A DNA stretch of 64,000 bases, from contig OZ316899.1 of assembly GCA_973895155.1 (NCBI GenBank), positions 7,505,241-7,569,240 on the forward strand, in the 5' to 3' direction. The notes beneath the pieces are model-generated. The model saw nothing but the letters and a program-made list of their open reading frames with translations, searched no databases and was not told where the DNA came from. Made by a program: the position numbers and the translations under genes. Below, in pieces: positions 35,149-46,130 of the stretch. Positions within the stretch are counted from its first letter, which is position 1. Each line of letters starts with the position of its first letter. Origin of the DNA: Marsupella aquatica (taxonomy: Eukaryota; Plantae; Marchantiophyta).

Positions 35149-36520
35149 ACAGGACTTTAAGGACCACCTCATTCACTCAGGCCAGATGATACCTGCTGAA
35201 ATACATGACTCATCAGCGGTCCAAAATAAAAAGGCCCAGAAAATTGCTAATGGTGAACAATCAGCAGATTCACCATTGAATTATACTGACTTACTCACTG
35301 AGGTAAATCCTGTTCACCACAGAATCAATAAAGCCAAGAAACCAGAGAAAGCATTTGCTGTACAGGTTCTTAGGTCACTCTATGGTTTAAAGCAGAGTGG
35401 CCGCATCTGGTATAAGCGTTTCCGTGCTGAGATGCTTGCACTTGGTTTCGTGAATGAGGACATTGCTCCTTGCCTTTTTATCAAAAGAGATGGCATTGAG
35501 TTTATAATTATAGCAATATATGTCGACGACATTAACCTAATGGGTACTAAACTCATTATGGATCAAACCATTACCACACTTAAGAGCATATTCGAAATGA
35601 AGGATATTGGTCAACCTCTATTTTGTATTGGCATTCAATTCGAACATTTATCCAACGGTATTCTTATTCATCAATCTACATATACCAGAAAACTATTAAA
35701 ACAATTCAACATGGACAAAAGCTATCCAGTCACGACACCTATGGAAATTCGATCTTCAGACACATCCAGAGATCTGTATAAGCGCAGGACCAAACACGAA
35801 CCAATCTTGGGCCCAGAGAAACCTTACCTCTCTGCTATAGGAGCCTTGATGTACCTGGCGAATCAAACTCGCCCATACATCTCTTTCGCTGTTCACTTGC
35901 TTGCCCGCCACAGCTCCCAACCAACTATTAGACATTGGAATGGCATTAAGAGGATACTGCGCTACCTTCAAGGTACAATCGACACTAGCCTCTATTACCC
36001 TAAAGATGTGCCTAACGAATTGATTGGTTATGCAGATGCAGGTTACCTTACAGACCCCGATGATGCGAAATCCCAGACGGGATATGTATTTCTACAAGGA
36101 CATACAGCCATATCCTGGAAAAGTACCAAGCAGACTTTGACGACCACATCCTCCAACCACGCGGAAATCATAGCACTATACGAAGCCAGCCGAGAATGCC
36201 TGTGGCTTCGACAGCTTATCAATCACATCCAGTTGTCTACAGGCCATGCAATTCTTACCAAGCCTACTATCATCTACGAGGATAACAAGCCTTGTGTTGA
36301 TCAGATCGTTAAGGGCTTTATCAAGGGCGACCAAATCAAACATATTTCCCCCAAATTTTTCCACACGCATGAACAGCACGGGGACCAAATCAATGTTCAA
36401 TGGATACCTTCTAAAGATAATCGCGCTGACCTTTTTACGAAGCCCTTACCTCGCATTCTCCACGAAGTGCATTCGACTGGAATAGGCCTCCGTAGATTAT
36501 CGGACTTCACTGAAATCTGA
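35149..36520 (+). pseudogene. pol: pol of element D, part 2 (RT core, RNase H)
   Basis: SLYGLKQSGRIW, YVDD, GYADAGY, TSSNHAEIIA, IYEDN, ADLFTKPL. Confidence 0.95.
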
Positions 36521-37404
36521 CTTCCCCACCTCTTCCATAAATTTCTTATTCCATTGCGACACGACTGTGTTTCCCCCATGATACCTCCTCTGTTCTATGC
36601 ATATTCTACTGAACGTATGTTCTCCATACCCGAACATTTCGACACATCCTATCGAACACTCATTTCGATTCAGCCATACATGATTACACTCCTTTCTTAC
36701 TATTTTTGACTCATTACATGTAAGGTAGTGACACTCTTTTTACCCCAGAAGAAAGCGGGGGGTTTTTAATGAGGTCATACCCCAATGAGTTTTTCCATTA
36801 TACTCAGAACTAGGCTTAAATTTATTTCCAAAATGGTTACTTTAAGAAACATAAAGTAACCAAGGGGGAGTGTTAGAATATATTTAACCCTTAGTCCATA
36901 TGATGATACAAAGAGGTATGCAATACCTAGATATAAAGAGACACAAGACTAGGAGAGGGTAGTTACAACTACCCCAATGTACAATATAAGATAAGCCACA
37001 TTGGCTTAAGAGAAATTCAATCATCTTTTGTTGGTGTATGTATATTTCATAGTTTAACAGCTTATTCATTGTTGTTTTGCTGCCACAAACTTTACTCTAT
37101 ACGCCATTTTGTAACAAAGGATGCCCTAAACATGTTGCAAGACAACAACACTCACTCAAACACCAATACTAAACTTTTTTCTCAAAGAGATTGAGATAAT
37201 GCAGTACATCCTTGTTTAAGCACCAACAATTAATACTACAGAGCACCAGATAAAGTAAATCAAAAATATCTCTCAATCCATCCAAGCTTAATTTGAAGTT
37301 TATGCCTTGTGTTTCACCGTTATCATTGTTGAAGCATCACGTTCTAAGTAACGAGGAACATTTAAAAAGTACAATCCAATAGGAAGAATAATGTAAAGCG
37401 TGTT

Positions 37405-37718
37405 TGTTGGGAATAAATCTAGACTGAACGAGACAACATCAACACATGTGAACAACAACCATACCCTCCAACACTGAAGGTACGTGGTTCACCCCTTCTG
37501 GGCTATGTCCATGCGTGAGAGAAATCCATTTATAGACCCGCTCCATGGCCAACATGCTAGAGCTCCTCCTCTCACCTCCTCACTCTCTCTCCTTTGGTAT
37601 GCCCTCGTCTATGGTCTATGGGAACGTGCAACTCAAACAAGTGATATCCTAGTCTACTAAAGCCTAGCTAGCTAGTACTATGGAAGTAAATAGGTTGTAC
37701 TAAATGCATAACCTAACA
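37405..37718 (-). mobile_element. Solo LTR (314 bp)
   Basis: TGTT...AACA flanked by the TSD GTGTT; its left half is a diverged reverse complement of 62960-63129 (GTGAACCACGTA motif). Confidence 0.85.
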
Positions 37719-40076
37719 GTGTTTTACTCTTATTATTATTATTGTTGTTGAAATATGCCTTTCTAAAGTAACAAGGTATTATGGTAAGAACATCAACCAT
37801 AGCTAGAGAGCTCAAATCAATATCCACACACACTCATACTTCATTGATAGATAAATAAGGAATACAAAGGGTAATAACCTTATAGGTTGTTTGGTAACTG
37901 CCTTGTGTGGTGTTAACTATGCTTAGGGTAGCTAACCATTGTAGGGTTAGATTTTCACCCTTAACACTCCCCCTTGGTTGATATATGTAAAGTATCAACC
38001 ACACTAAAGATAAAAACTAACCTTACTGTAATTGTTAACTTTGTATCCTATTTAGGTGTGGTCTCATCAAAACCTCCCTGCGTTCTTCTAGAGGAAAGAG
38101 TGCCACCACCGACATTATATAGGACCATGTTAATAGAATGTTATTCTTTAAGTCATGGCTAAGTGTATTCAAAGAGTTAATATCTATCGCTTTTTACTTT
38201 AACCTAAAGAATATTCGGGTTGTTTCTACAAGCATGGTATCTATTGTGTGGACAGCGTAATGTTGATGGTTGAGTTTCGATAGTCGGTGGAGGCGTTGCG
38301 GGTTCATGAGCAGGAGCTGATTGGGTTGAAGCTTATCATGTTGGAGCTTATCAATTTGTAGTGAGCTCCGTTGAATCCCAAGAAGTTGATCAATGACAGA
38401 GTTGTGGTGGTAGCGGCTTGGTAAAGAGGTCTGCTCTGTTTTCAGCTATAGGGATCCATTTTATGCCCAATTTTACGTTGATCTTATCTCCTTGTTGCTC
38501 CTATGTAAAAAAAGATTTTTGGGGCTGTGTGTTTTATCCTATTGCCCTTTATGAAACCCTGTGCTATTTGATCCATGCAAGGTCTATTGTCTTCAAAGAT
38601 TGTTGTGGGCTTTTGTAGGGTTTGTATGCCGCAGCTTTTGTGAATATGATTAATTACTTGGCGGAGCCACATGCATTTGCGGCAGGCCTCATAGAGTGCT
38701 ATCACCTTTGAATGATTAGATGAGGTAGTGGTGAGTGTTTGCTTGGTGATTTTCCATGAAATCGCTCTGTCCATAAAGAAAGGCATAATAAACCTGTCTG
38801 AGATTTTGAATCATCCGGGTCTAAGAGGTAGCCTGCATCCGCATATCTAGTTACTTTGTTTGTTACTTTCTTGGGGAAGTAGAGATCCATATCCATTGTC
38901 CCTTGGAGGTATTGAATCACACGCTTTATTCCATTCCAATGGCGAATGGTTGGCTATGCACTGTGGTGAGCAAGTAGATTTATAGCAAATGCTATATCTG
39001 GTCGAGTCTGATTTGCCAGGTACATAAGGGCCCCTTTGGCCGAGAGGTATGGTTTCTCTGGGCCGATTACCTGCTCGTTCTCCATTTGTTTCTTGAACAT
39101 GTCTTTTGCCGGATATAATGAGCGCAGGTCCATTGGTGTGCTTACTGGCTTTGAATTTTGCATGTTGAACTGTTTAATAATCTTGGTGTATGTTGCTTGA
39201 TTTATCAGTATGCCGTCCGGTAGGTAGTCGAATTGCAGTCCCAAACAGAAGTTGGGTGTTCCAAGATCCTTCATTTTGAAGACTCCTTTTAGCTTGTCTG
39301 TTCTCTGTGCCGTTAACATAGGTGTCCCAAATATATTGATGTCGTCTACATATAATGCAATAATTGTTAAACATCACAATAACACCAACTGTTTTACTCA
39401 TCCAATTCCTTCATATACATAGTTGGTTGCCTAGGTGGTTGGTTGTATAACCGTCACGGGTTAGGGGTTTAGTCCTAACCTTAGGTAGACTTGTTCTAGG
39501 GGTTGCAACACTCCCCCTTGGATACATTGTTATAGAGAAGATGTAGACATTTAAAGTCTACCTTGACTATCTATTGGGAAATTGAGTGGTCTTCGAGTTT
39601 ATTGTATGGTAGGGGTATAATATGGTAAAAAAAAGGTGGGGTGTAACCTCATTAAAACCTCCCCTCCTTTCTTGTGGGAGGAAAGAGTGTTACCACCCGT
39701 CCCTTAGTTGAGTCGGGTTTGTCTAAGTAAGTGTAAATGTATAAAATTGTCTTAACCTAAAGGTTATTGGAAATTGTTCGGTAGTGTAAGGTGAGTTGTA
39801 GTTTGTAGAGTTGTCGTTGCAGTCGATCAGGTTGATGCTATGTTGTAGTGGTTTTGGTTGTCACGTAGGTGCTGCATCGATCGTCTTTGTGCGTGGTATT
39901 GTCTGCTTCTGTGAAGTTGATGTAATCACCATATCGGTGATTCTTGAAGTTTGTGTTGGTCTTCTGGTGGATTCATTGGTGGTGCGGTGAACTGGATTGT
40001 CAATTGGTGATGCTGGTCGATTGGTGATGCTGGTCGTCTTGAGTGTAGTGCCGCAGTTGGATAATCGGGGAGCAGT

Positions 40077-43000
40077 TGTGGTGCGTCCCATGGCTCCCTA
40101 AACCCAAGAAACCCCCCAGCTCAAGCCGATTCCCGCAGGTTTCGTGCTTGGCGAGGCCGTTTCCGCGGCTTAGCGGCATGGGACGCTGCTAACCTTCTAC
40201 TACTACTATTAACATTTTACACACATATACTGGACAGATCCTTCATCGGGTCATGAGATACGTAGCCGGCCTAATATAGGCCTTCCCCTGTCTTCCCCTG
40301 TCTTCCCCTCCGTCTTGTTAGGTATGTTTGGATTCCGCCGCCGGAATGATCCCCAATAGGCTTGGTTAAGCCGCTAAGACCTCTCTCAGCTCGACACATC
40401 CAACTCTCACTCCCCTGCTTACTTTCCTTCTTTCTGTTGATGTGGGCACTCTTCACACAAGTTAATGCGACACACAAATAGCAAAATGACTCATTCTGAC
40501 TGAGTCATACCATGCACTTGCCATACAAACAGTACATCTCATACACAAGTTCTGCGAACTAAGCCGTGAGGCCAACTCTATTCAGCTCTTAGGCATGAGG
40601 AAACATGAATATACACAAGGGTCACTGTATGACTAACCGAGAGCTTCTCGTACTACTTGATCCCAGCCCGGCTGATGCAAACTAAAAACTTGCTAAAGAA
40701 GAGGCCCTGAGCTCCCCGCTGCCCAGGTACTTATCCTGGTAGTGGATCCGCCATTCTTTGCATCGTAAGCCTAATCTACTTAACAGTAATCTACTTGCCC
40801 GAATCTACCTATGTACAGCAAGGCAGGAGCACAAGTGTTGCTCCTACCAGTGGGACCGCAATCCCACTAAGCTAAGTGTCAGGGCCGCTCCTGGTTCTGA
40901 TCCTAATCCTAAACGTGGAGATCCGTGCCCGCTCTGCCCACTCACGCCTCCTCCCTCCACGTCCGCCCTCCCTAAAAGGAACGGCGCCCTTGCACCGTCA
41001 CGACACCGGTGGTGGATCCTCAATGGACGCCCCCAACACTTCCTCCTCAGCCACTGCCGTTGGCCCGCCTACTGACAGATTACCTGCCCTTGACCGAGTC
41101 AACTCTCCCTCGGCCTGACTGGGTCCACCTTCGGCTTCAGCCTCGACACCGGCCTCGGCAATACCCACGGCTTCGGCTTCAGCCACCCCCACGGCTTCGG
41201 CTTCAGCCACTCCCTCGGCTTCGGCCTCCCCTTCCCCTAGGGTAGTTGGATCCTTAGCTGTGACCCTGTCTGGGGTCGGTGCCGGGTCTACCTCCTTGAT
41301 CACCACGGCCTGTGAAGTCGTATTACTCCTTGACCCTGAAGGTTTCCGCTTCTTCTTCGTTGGTGGCTCGGCAGCTGGTCCCTTCCCCTTCCCACTTACC
41401 TCCGGCACTGGTGCAGGTGGCGCGGCTTGTCCTTCGGCAATTACCACCCCTGGTAACTGGTTTGTCCCAACAGGAGATGGACCTGCTGCAGCTAAGCATT
41501 TAAATACTGCGGCTTGTTTCTTCAGCCGCTCTGTTTGGTTGTCGGCCCGCCGCTGTAGGTTCTCCATCTTCCTCGTGATTTCCTCCAACTCCTCTTGGGT
41601 TTCATCCAGGTCCTTACGTGCCCCCTCCAGCTCGTTTTTGGCCTCCTCCTGCTCCCTGTGGGCTTCCTCCAATTCCTTCTTCAAGGTAGCCTTCTCCTCC
41701 TGGGTTGCTCTTAGCTCCTTGTCGAGCTCTGCAATGATGACAGACTCCATCTGGTTCATCTTGGCGTAAGTCTGTTCGAGCATCTCGTCCTTCTCCCTTA
41801 GGTCGGCCTTGAAGCTGGCCGTCAGGGACGCAAGCTCCTGCTGCAGCGCCATAATCCCTTGATAGGATTTCCCTAACTCGACCTCCTTCTGCTCAAGGGC
41901 TCCGCGGATTTTCTCGAGCTCCCCTTTCAACGCCCATTCCTTTCTTTGGGTCTCCGCCATGGCCCGGCTGTTGGCTGTTATGTGGGCCTCCTCTGTATTC
42001 TTCAGCTCTTGCTTCCACTTTTCCCTTTCTTTGATCGTGTCGGCCAACTCTTCCTGCGTCTGAGTCAGTTTATCCTTGATATTCTGATTATCAGCCTGCG
42101 CGGCGTCCAACTGCCCCTGCATGATGTTCAGCTCATGTCGTTTAATCCGCAGTTCATCTTGGGCTTTCTTGGCCGCCCTTAGATCTTCAATCTCGGCTTC
42201 CATCCTCCTAAGCCGCCGAATGACCTCGTCCTTCTTGCTTCTCTCTAAAGCCACCGCTTCTTCTAATTGGTGCTTCTCCAACTGCTCCCTATGGAAAAAG
42301 GGTCCTACCTCCAACTCCTCTCCAAAGATGCCGAGCGCAAGTTCCCCACACATCTCACCATACTCCATGGCTCTATTCTTAGCGTAGGTGGAGTAAGTAG
42401 AAGTGATCGGCATCGCCCATCGTGGCCTCTGCTCCCAAGCCGTCCTGCGGATCTCTTCAATCGTGGCTAGAGGTTTGCTTCCTTTTTCGGCTAGCCGCCT
42501 GATGTCCTCCGGCCAATCTCCTCCTGGTAAATCCTTTTCCTTAGCCAGGGCGGCCTCTTCCTCCTGCTTGATTCGCTCCTGAAATTCCTGCACCGTCTAT
42601 TTTATGCCGTCGAAGCTCGGGGGAGCAACATCTGGTGGGGGAGACTCAGGGCTACTCTGCTGGTTGGGGTCCCCTCGCACTACCCTTGGAAGTGTGGGGA
42701 CAAACCGGCCACAGGTCCTTACTCCTGGAACGTGATGGTCCGACCCATAGCCGGAATTATCATGGCTGCAGTCCTCCACTGCCTCCTCTACCTCTTGGAT
42801 TTCCGGCTTCTCCCTCTCCTCTTCCTCGGTAGGAGCTTCAGGCAATTCTGCCTCAGATTCGGAGCTTGAGGTTCCCACGTACATTCGAACACCTGGCTTG
42901 GATTCCGGCCTGATTCTCTCGTCTCCAGCAAAGGGGTTTTCTCTTGTGAGCCGGTGTAGGCCTACCTCTGTAGTAGTGTCCTGCATGGTTGCCGTTGCCG

Positions 43001-44733
43001 TTGTTGTTGCCGATGCCGATTTCTTTTCTTTCTCCAGTAGTTTCAGCAGACTCTGCATGCCTGGTTGCTGCATCGGCAAGTCTTCCTTCCTGGGCCTAAA
43101 CACCTGCTCGATCGTAGGACTAACAGGTGGTTGAGGCTTCTCAGCCAACGGCCTCGGCGTTGGAGCTTCCTCGGGTGCCCTTACCTGCAGGGGAAGTACC
43201 GGGGCAAAAGTCTGACCTCTGGCATACCGGCACAACAGCGGCATGTGATAGCCAAGCCGCGACACGCTCCCCATGCCGATTACCTGCTGCTCCTCCTTTA
43301 AGATCTTCTTCAATTGGTTGAGGAGGTACCCGTTGTAGTCCCGGCTTGGGTCTGGCCTTTCTGCCAGATAGACCTGTGCCTTGCCGATCTCTGCCCTCGG
43401 CAAGTTACAATGCATGGTCACCCGCAAGAAGTCGATCATCTCTCCTATGTGCGGGTTGGTGCAGGTGTTCCGGAAGAAGCCATTCTTCGTTGATGGCCCG
43501 GGGAACGACCGGAACTCCTTGTCAGGCAAGGTCTTCCTGGTATCAACTTTGGTCTTATTGCCCATCGGCAAGCCAAACACTTCGGCAATCACCTTGGGAG
43601 TAAGATAGAAATCCTTCCCATATATCCTCGTGCAATTGGTCTCGGGTTCCCATGACCCCATGAATTCTAATAGGTCTGACTCCGGTACCTCCGGCTTCAG
43701 CCATGGTAATCTTACAAAGGCCTCCAAGCCGGATCCGGCCATGAAGCCTTGGTACTTCTTGGTCTGCATGGCCGTAAAGCATGCATCCTCCTCCCGTGCA
43801 AAATGTAGTTGCACCTCCACCGGTAGGGTTGCCGCCCAGCCCTTCCAGGTGTCATCCCTGGTTGGAATGGCCTTGATGGGATCGACCTCCTCCTCTTCGG
43901 CTTCTCCCTGCCTCCTGCTCTGCTGCTCGGCTGGCTTCTTTGGTGCCGTCGACCTCGTTCTTTTTGCCGGGGTGGCTTCATCGTTGACGGCTCCCTTCCT
44001 CTTCATCTCTGCTGCCGTGGAGGTTTCTCCTAGCACCGTTGCCTGGGTCCACCTTTCCGTGCTACCCTTTAATTCCCAGTGTATGTCGTTGCAGTTCTTG
44101 ATGGCCTCTCGGATGCCGACGACGCTGTCCTTGCAAAACAGAAGATCGTCGAGTTGATTGGAAGTAGGCGTCCACAGGAACTCGTCCTTGATGAGTTCGC
44201 CTCCTAAGAAAGCCGTCTTCTGCAGCTCCCACAATCGAGCGAGCTCCTGCCGTTCTCGAGCTGCCCTTTCTGACTCCTCGTCCTCGTAAGTCTTGATGTA
44301 CTCAGTTGCCCGTTCGAACAGGCATCCCCAGAAATGTGCCGCTTGATTGACGTTGCTCATACCCTCCTTAGGTTGATCGTCGGTATCTACTCTCTCCCCG
44401 AGTGCTTGCCTAAGCAGCTGACAGTAGTTGGCCTCCCGTAGTCGTCTGCCTAGTTCGTGCTCGCAAATGAGCCACCATCTCCTGCAAGCGCTCCTTACCC
44501 CTCTCCTCTGCCGGTCCTTCTTCCCGTTGATCCTTCCTAGCCGCCGACGCTTAACGCGCCCTAACCCTAATCGGGTTTTCACCCTCAGCCTTACCTCCGG
44601 CCTCTGCCCGGGTTCCATGGTTGCCCCTAATTGTTTATATTTTCCTTGTTTTGTCACTATACTAAGGTGTTCCTAGGGTGCCTTCCTGCTTTACCCACTT
44701 AACCGGCCGAGTGATTCCTGTCTAGGCATCACA
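40077..44733 (-). repeat. 3' LTR of element F (4657 bp)
   Basis: About a dozen substitutions relative to 49124-53780; preceded on the minus strand by the PPT. Confidence 0.95.
40998..44618 (-). pseudogene. LTR accessory ORF, 3' LTR copy with one CAG>TAG stop at 42597-42599
   Basis: The 686-aa and 531-aa ORFs are in one frame and otherwise nearly identical to the 1219-aa ORF. Confidence 0.92.
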
Positions 44734-45525
44734 TAGCTCCCCACTTAATTGTGAAGCGTCCTCGCGAACAACTTCATCTTCGTCCATATAGTATTTCTTG
44801 AGGCGGTCATAATGGATGCGAACTGGATATACCTCTCCCGTAATGTTGGCCAATTGCACGGAGCCATTGGGGAACATCATGGTTACTCTAAAGGGTCCTA
44901 ACCAGCGAGTGTAAAGCTTTCCTGGAAACCTACTATACCTACTGTCATAAAGTAGCACAAGATCACCGGTATGAATACTAACTACTTTTAACCTTTTATC
45001 ATACTGCTGCTTCATGATATTCTGTCTATATTCTACTCTCTCGGCTGAAATCATTCTCGCTTCCTCTAAAGCTTCTAACCTATATTCTCGCTCCTTTAGG
45101 CTCTCCTCCGCTGAGGCTCTTTCTTCAATTGTAACTTGAAATGTCGGTATCTCAAGTTGCATGGGTACCAGGGCTTCTTGTCCAAAGGTTAAGAAGAAGG
45201 GTGTATGACCGGTAGTGGATTTATAGGCAAGATTGTAAGCAAAAACAGCAGCAAACAATTTATCATCCCAATCGAGTTTGTTCTGAGCTACTGTTTTGTT
45301 CAATATCTTTCCTATGATTCCGTTTGCTCGTTCTGTCAACCCGTTTGCCTTTGGATGGTAGGGAGTAGTAGGCCTATGTTTAACTAAATACTGCTCATTT
45401 AAACGACTAATTATATCATTCAAAAAATGGGTTCCTCTATCACTAACTAATTCTAGGGGTGCTCCATACCTGGTGAAGATCTGCTCATACATGAATCTAG
45501 CCGTAGTAATTGCATCATCCTTCGT
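44722..45525 (-). pseudogene. C-terminal half of the element F integrase
   Basis: VSDRGTHF, GLTER, WLGPF; ends SGELCDA* overlapping the PPT and the first 12 nt of the LTR. Confidence 0.9.
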
Positions 45526-46130
45526 ATTGGTTGTCGAAATGATTTGGCTCCTAACATGAGATCAATTCGATGTTCCCCTAGTGTTGGATCTACGCCCTTT
45601 AGATCTTGGTGACTCCATGCAAACACATCCTGAAATTCAATTAATAAGTCACTGATCTCTTTCTCGAGCTCAGGTGCTAGGTTTCTCCCTAAGTTCAGTT
45701 CTCTTCCCTCTCCTAAGTCGAGCTTCCGATATTGCCGTGCTTGGATCATATTAATCTGCTTCTTCAAATTCGGGTCCAGTTCGGCTTCCAGTCTCTCTAA
45801 TCTCATACCTCCATAAACTGGGATCTCGGCTGGACTAGCCGAGTCGGTCCCTTCCTTGGTGTCCATAGATTGTCCCCTTACCGGTCTATTCGGTTTTGAA
45901 TTAGTGGTCGGCTCCCCTTCCTGCCTTGGCTCTGGATCGTGTCTGTCCATCTCATCCACCTCTTGCTCCTGAGAGTTAGGCCGTTGTGCTCTCTCGGCTT
46001 CTAATAGGGCCTCAATTTGTTCTGCCCTCGTAATCGGCTTGTATGCCGATCCCTTGGTATTTAATTCCTTGCCGATGATCGAGGGCGTTGTGGACCACGT
46101 CGGCTCTGCCACAACGCCTGCAAAAAATCC
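45526..46130 (-). pseudogene. pol N-terminus of element F (linker and RT start) up to the deletion junction
   Basis: The -1 frame after GGATTTT reads GFFAGVVAEP...DVFAWS...FRQPIRR. Confidence 0.85.

Larger units (their letters stand above)
25026..37059 (+). mobile_element. Element D: Bianca-like Ty1/copia, full length but decayed, interrupted by C
   Basis: Identical 189-bp LTRs at 25026-25214 and 36871-37059; TSD GCTTA; PBS CGTTATCAGCAC; PPT AAGGGGGAG 36862-36870; domain order PR-INT-RT-RH. Confidence 0.96.

Noticed and set aside
37065-37404. Possible host gene in the inter-element remnants (also 24905-25020)
   Set aside because: AT-rich, no ORF or recognisable motif; origin cannot be assigned.
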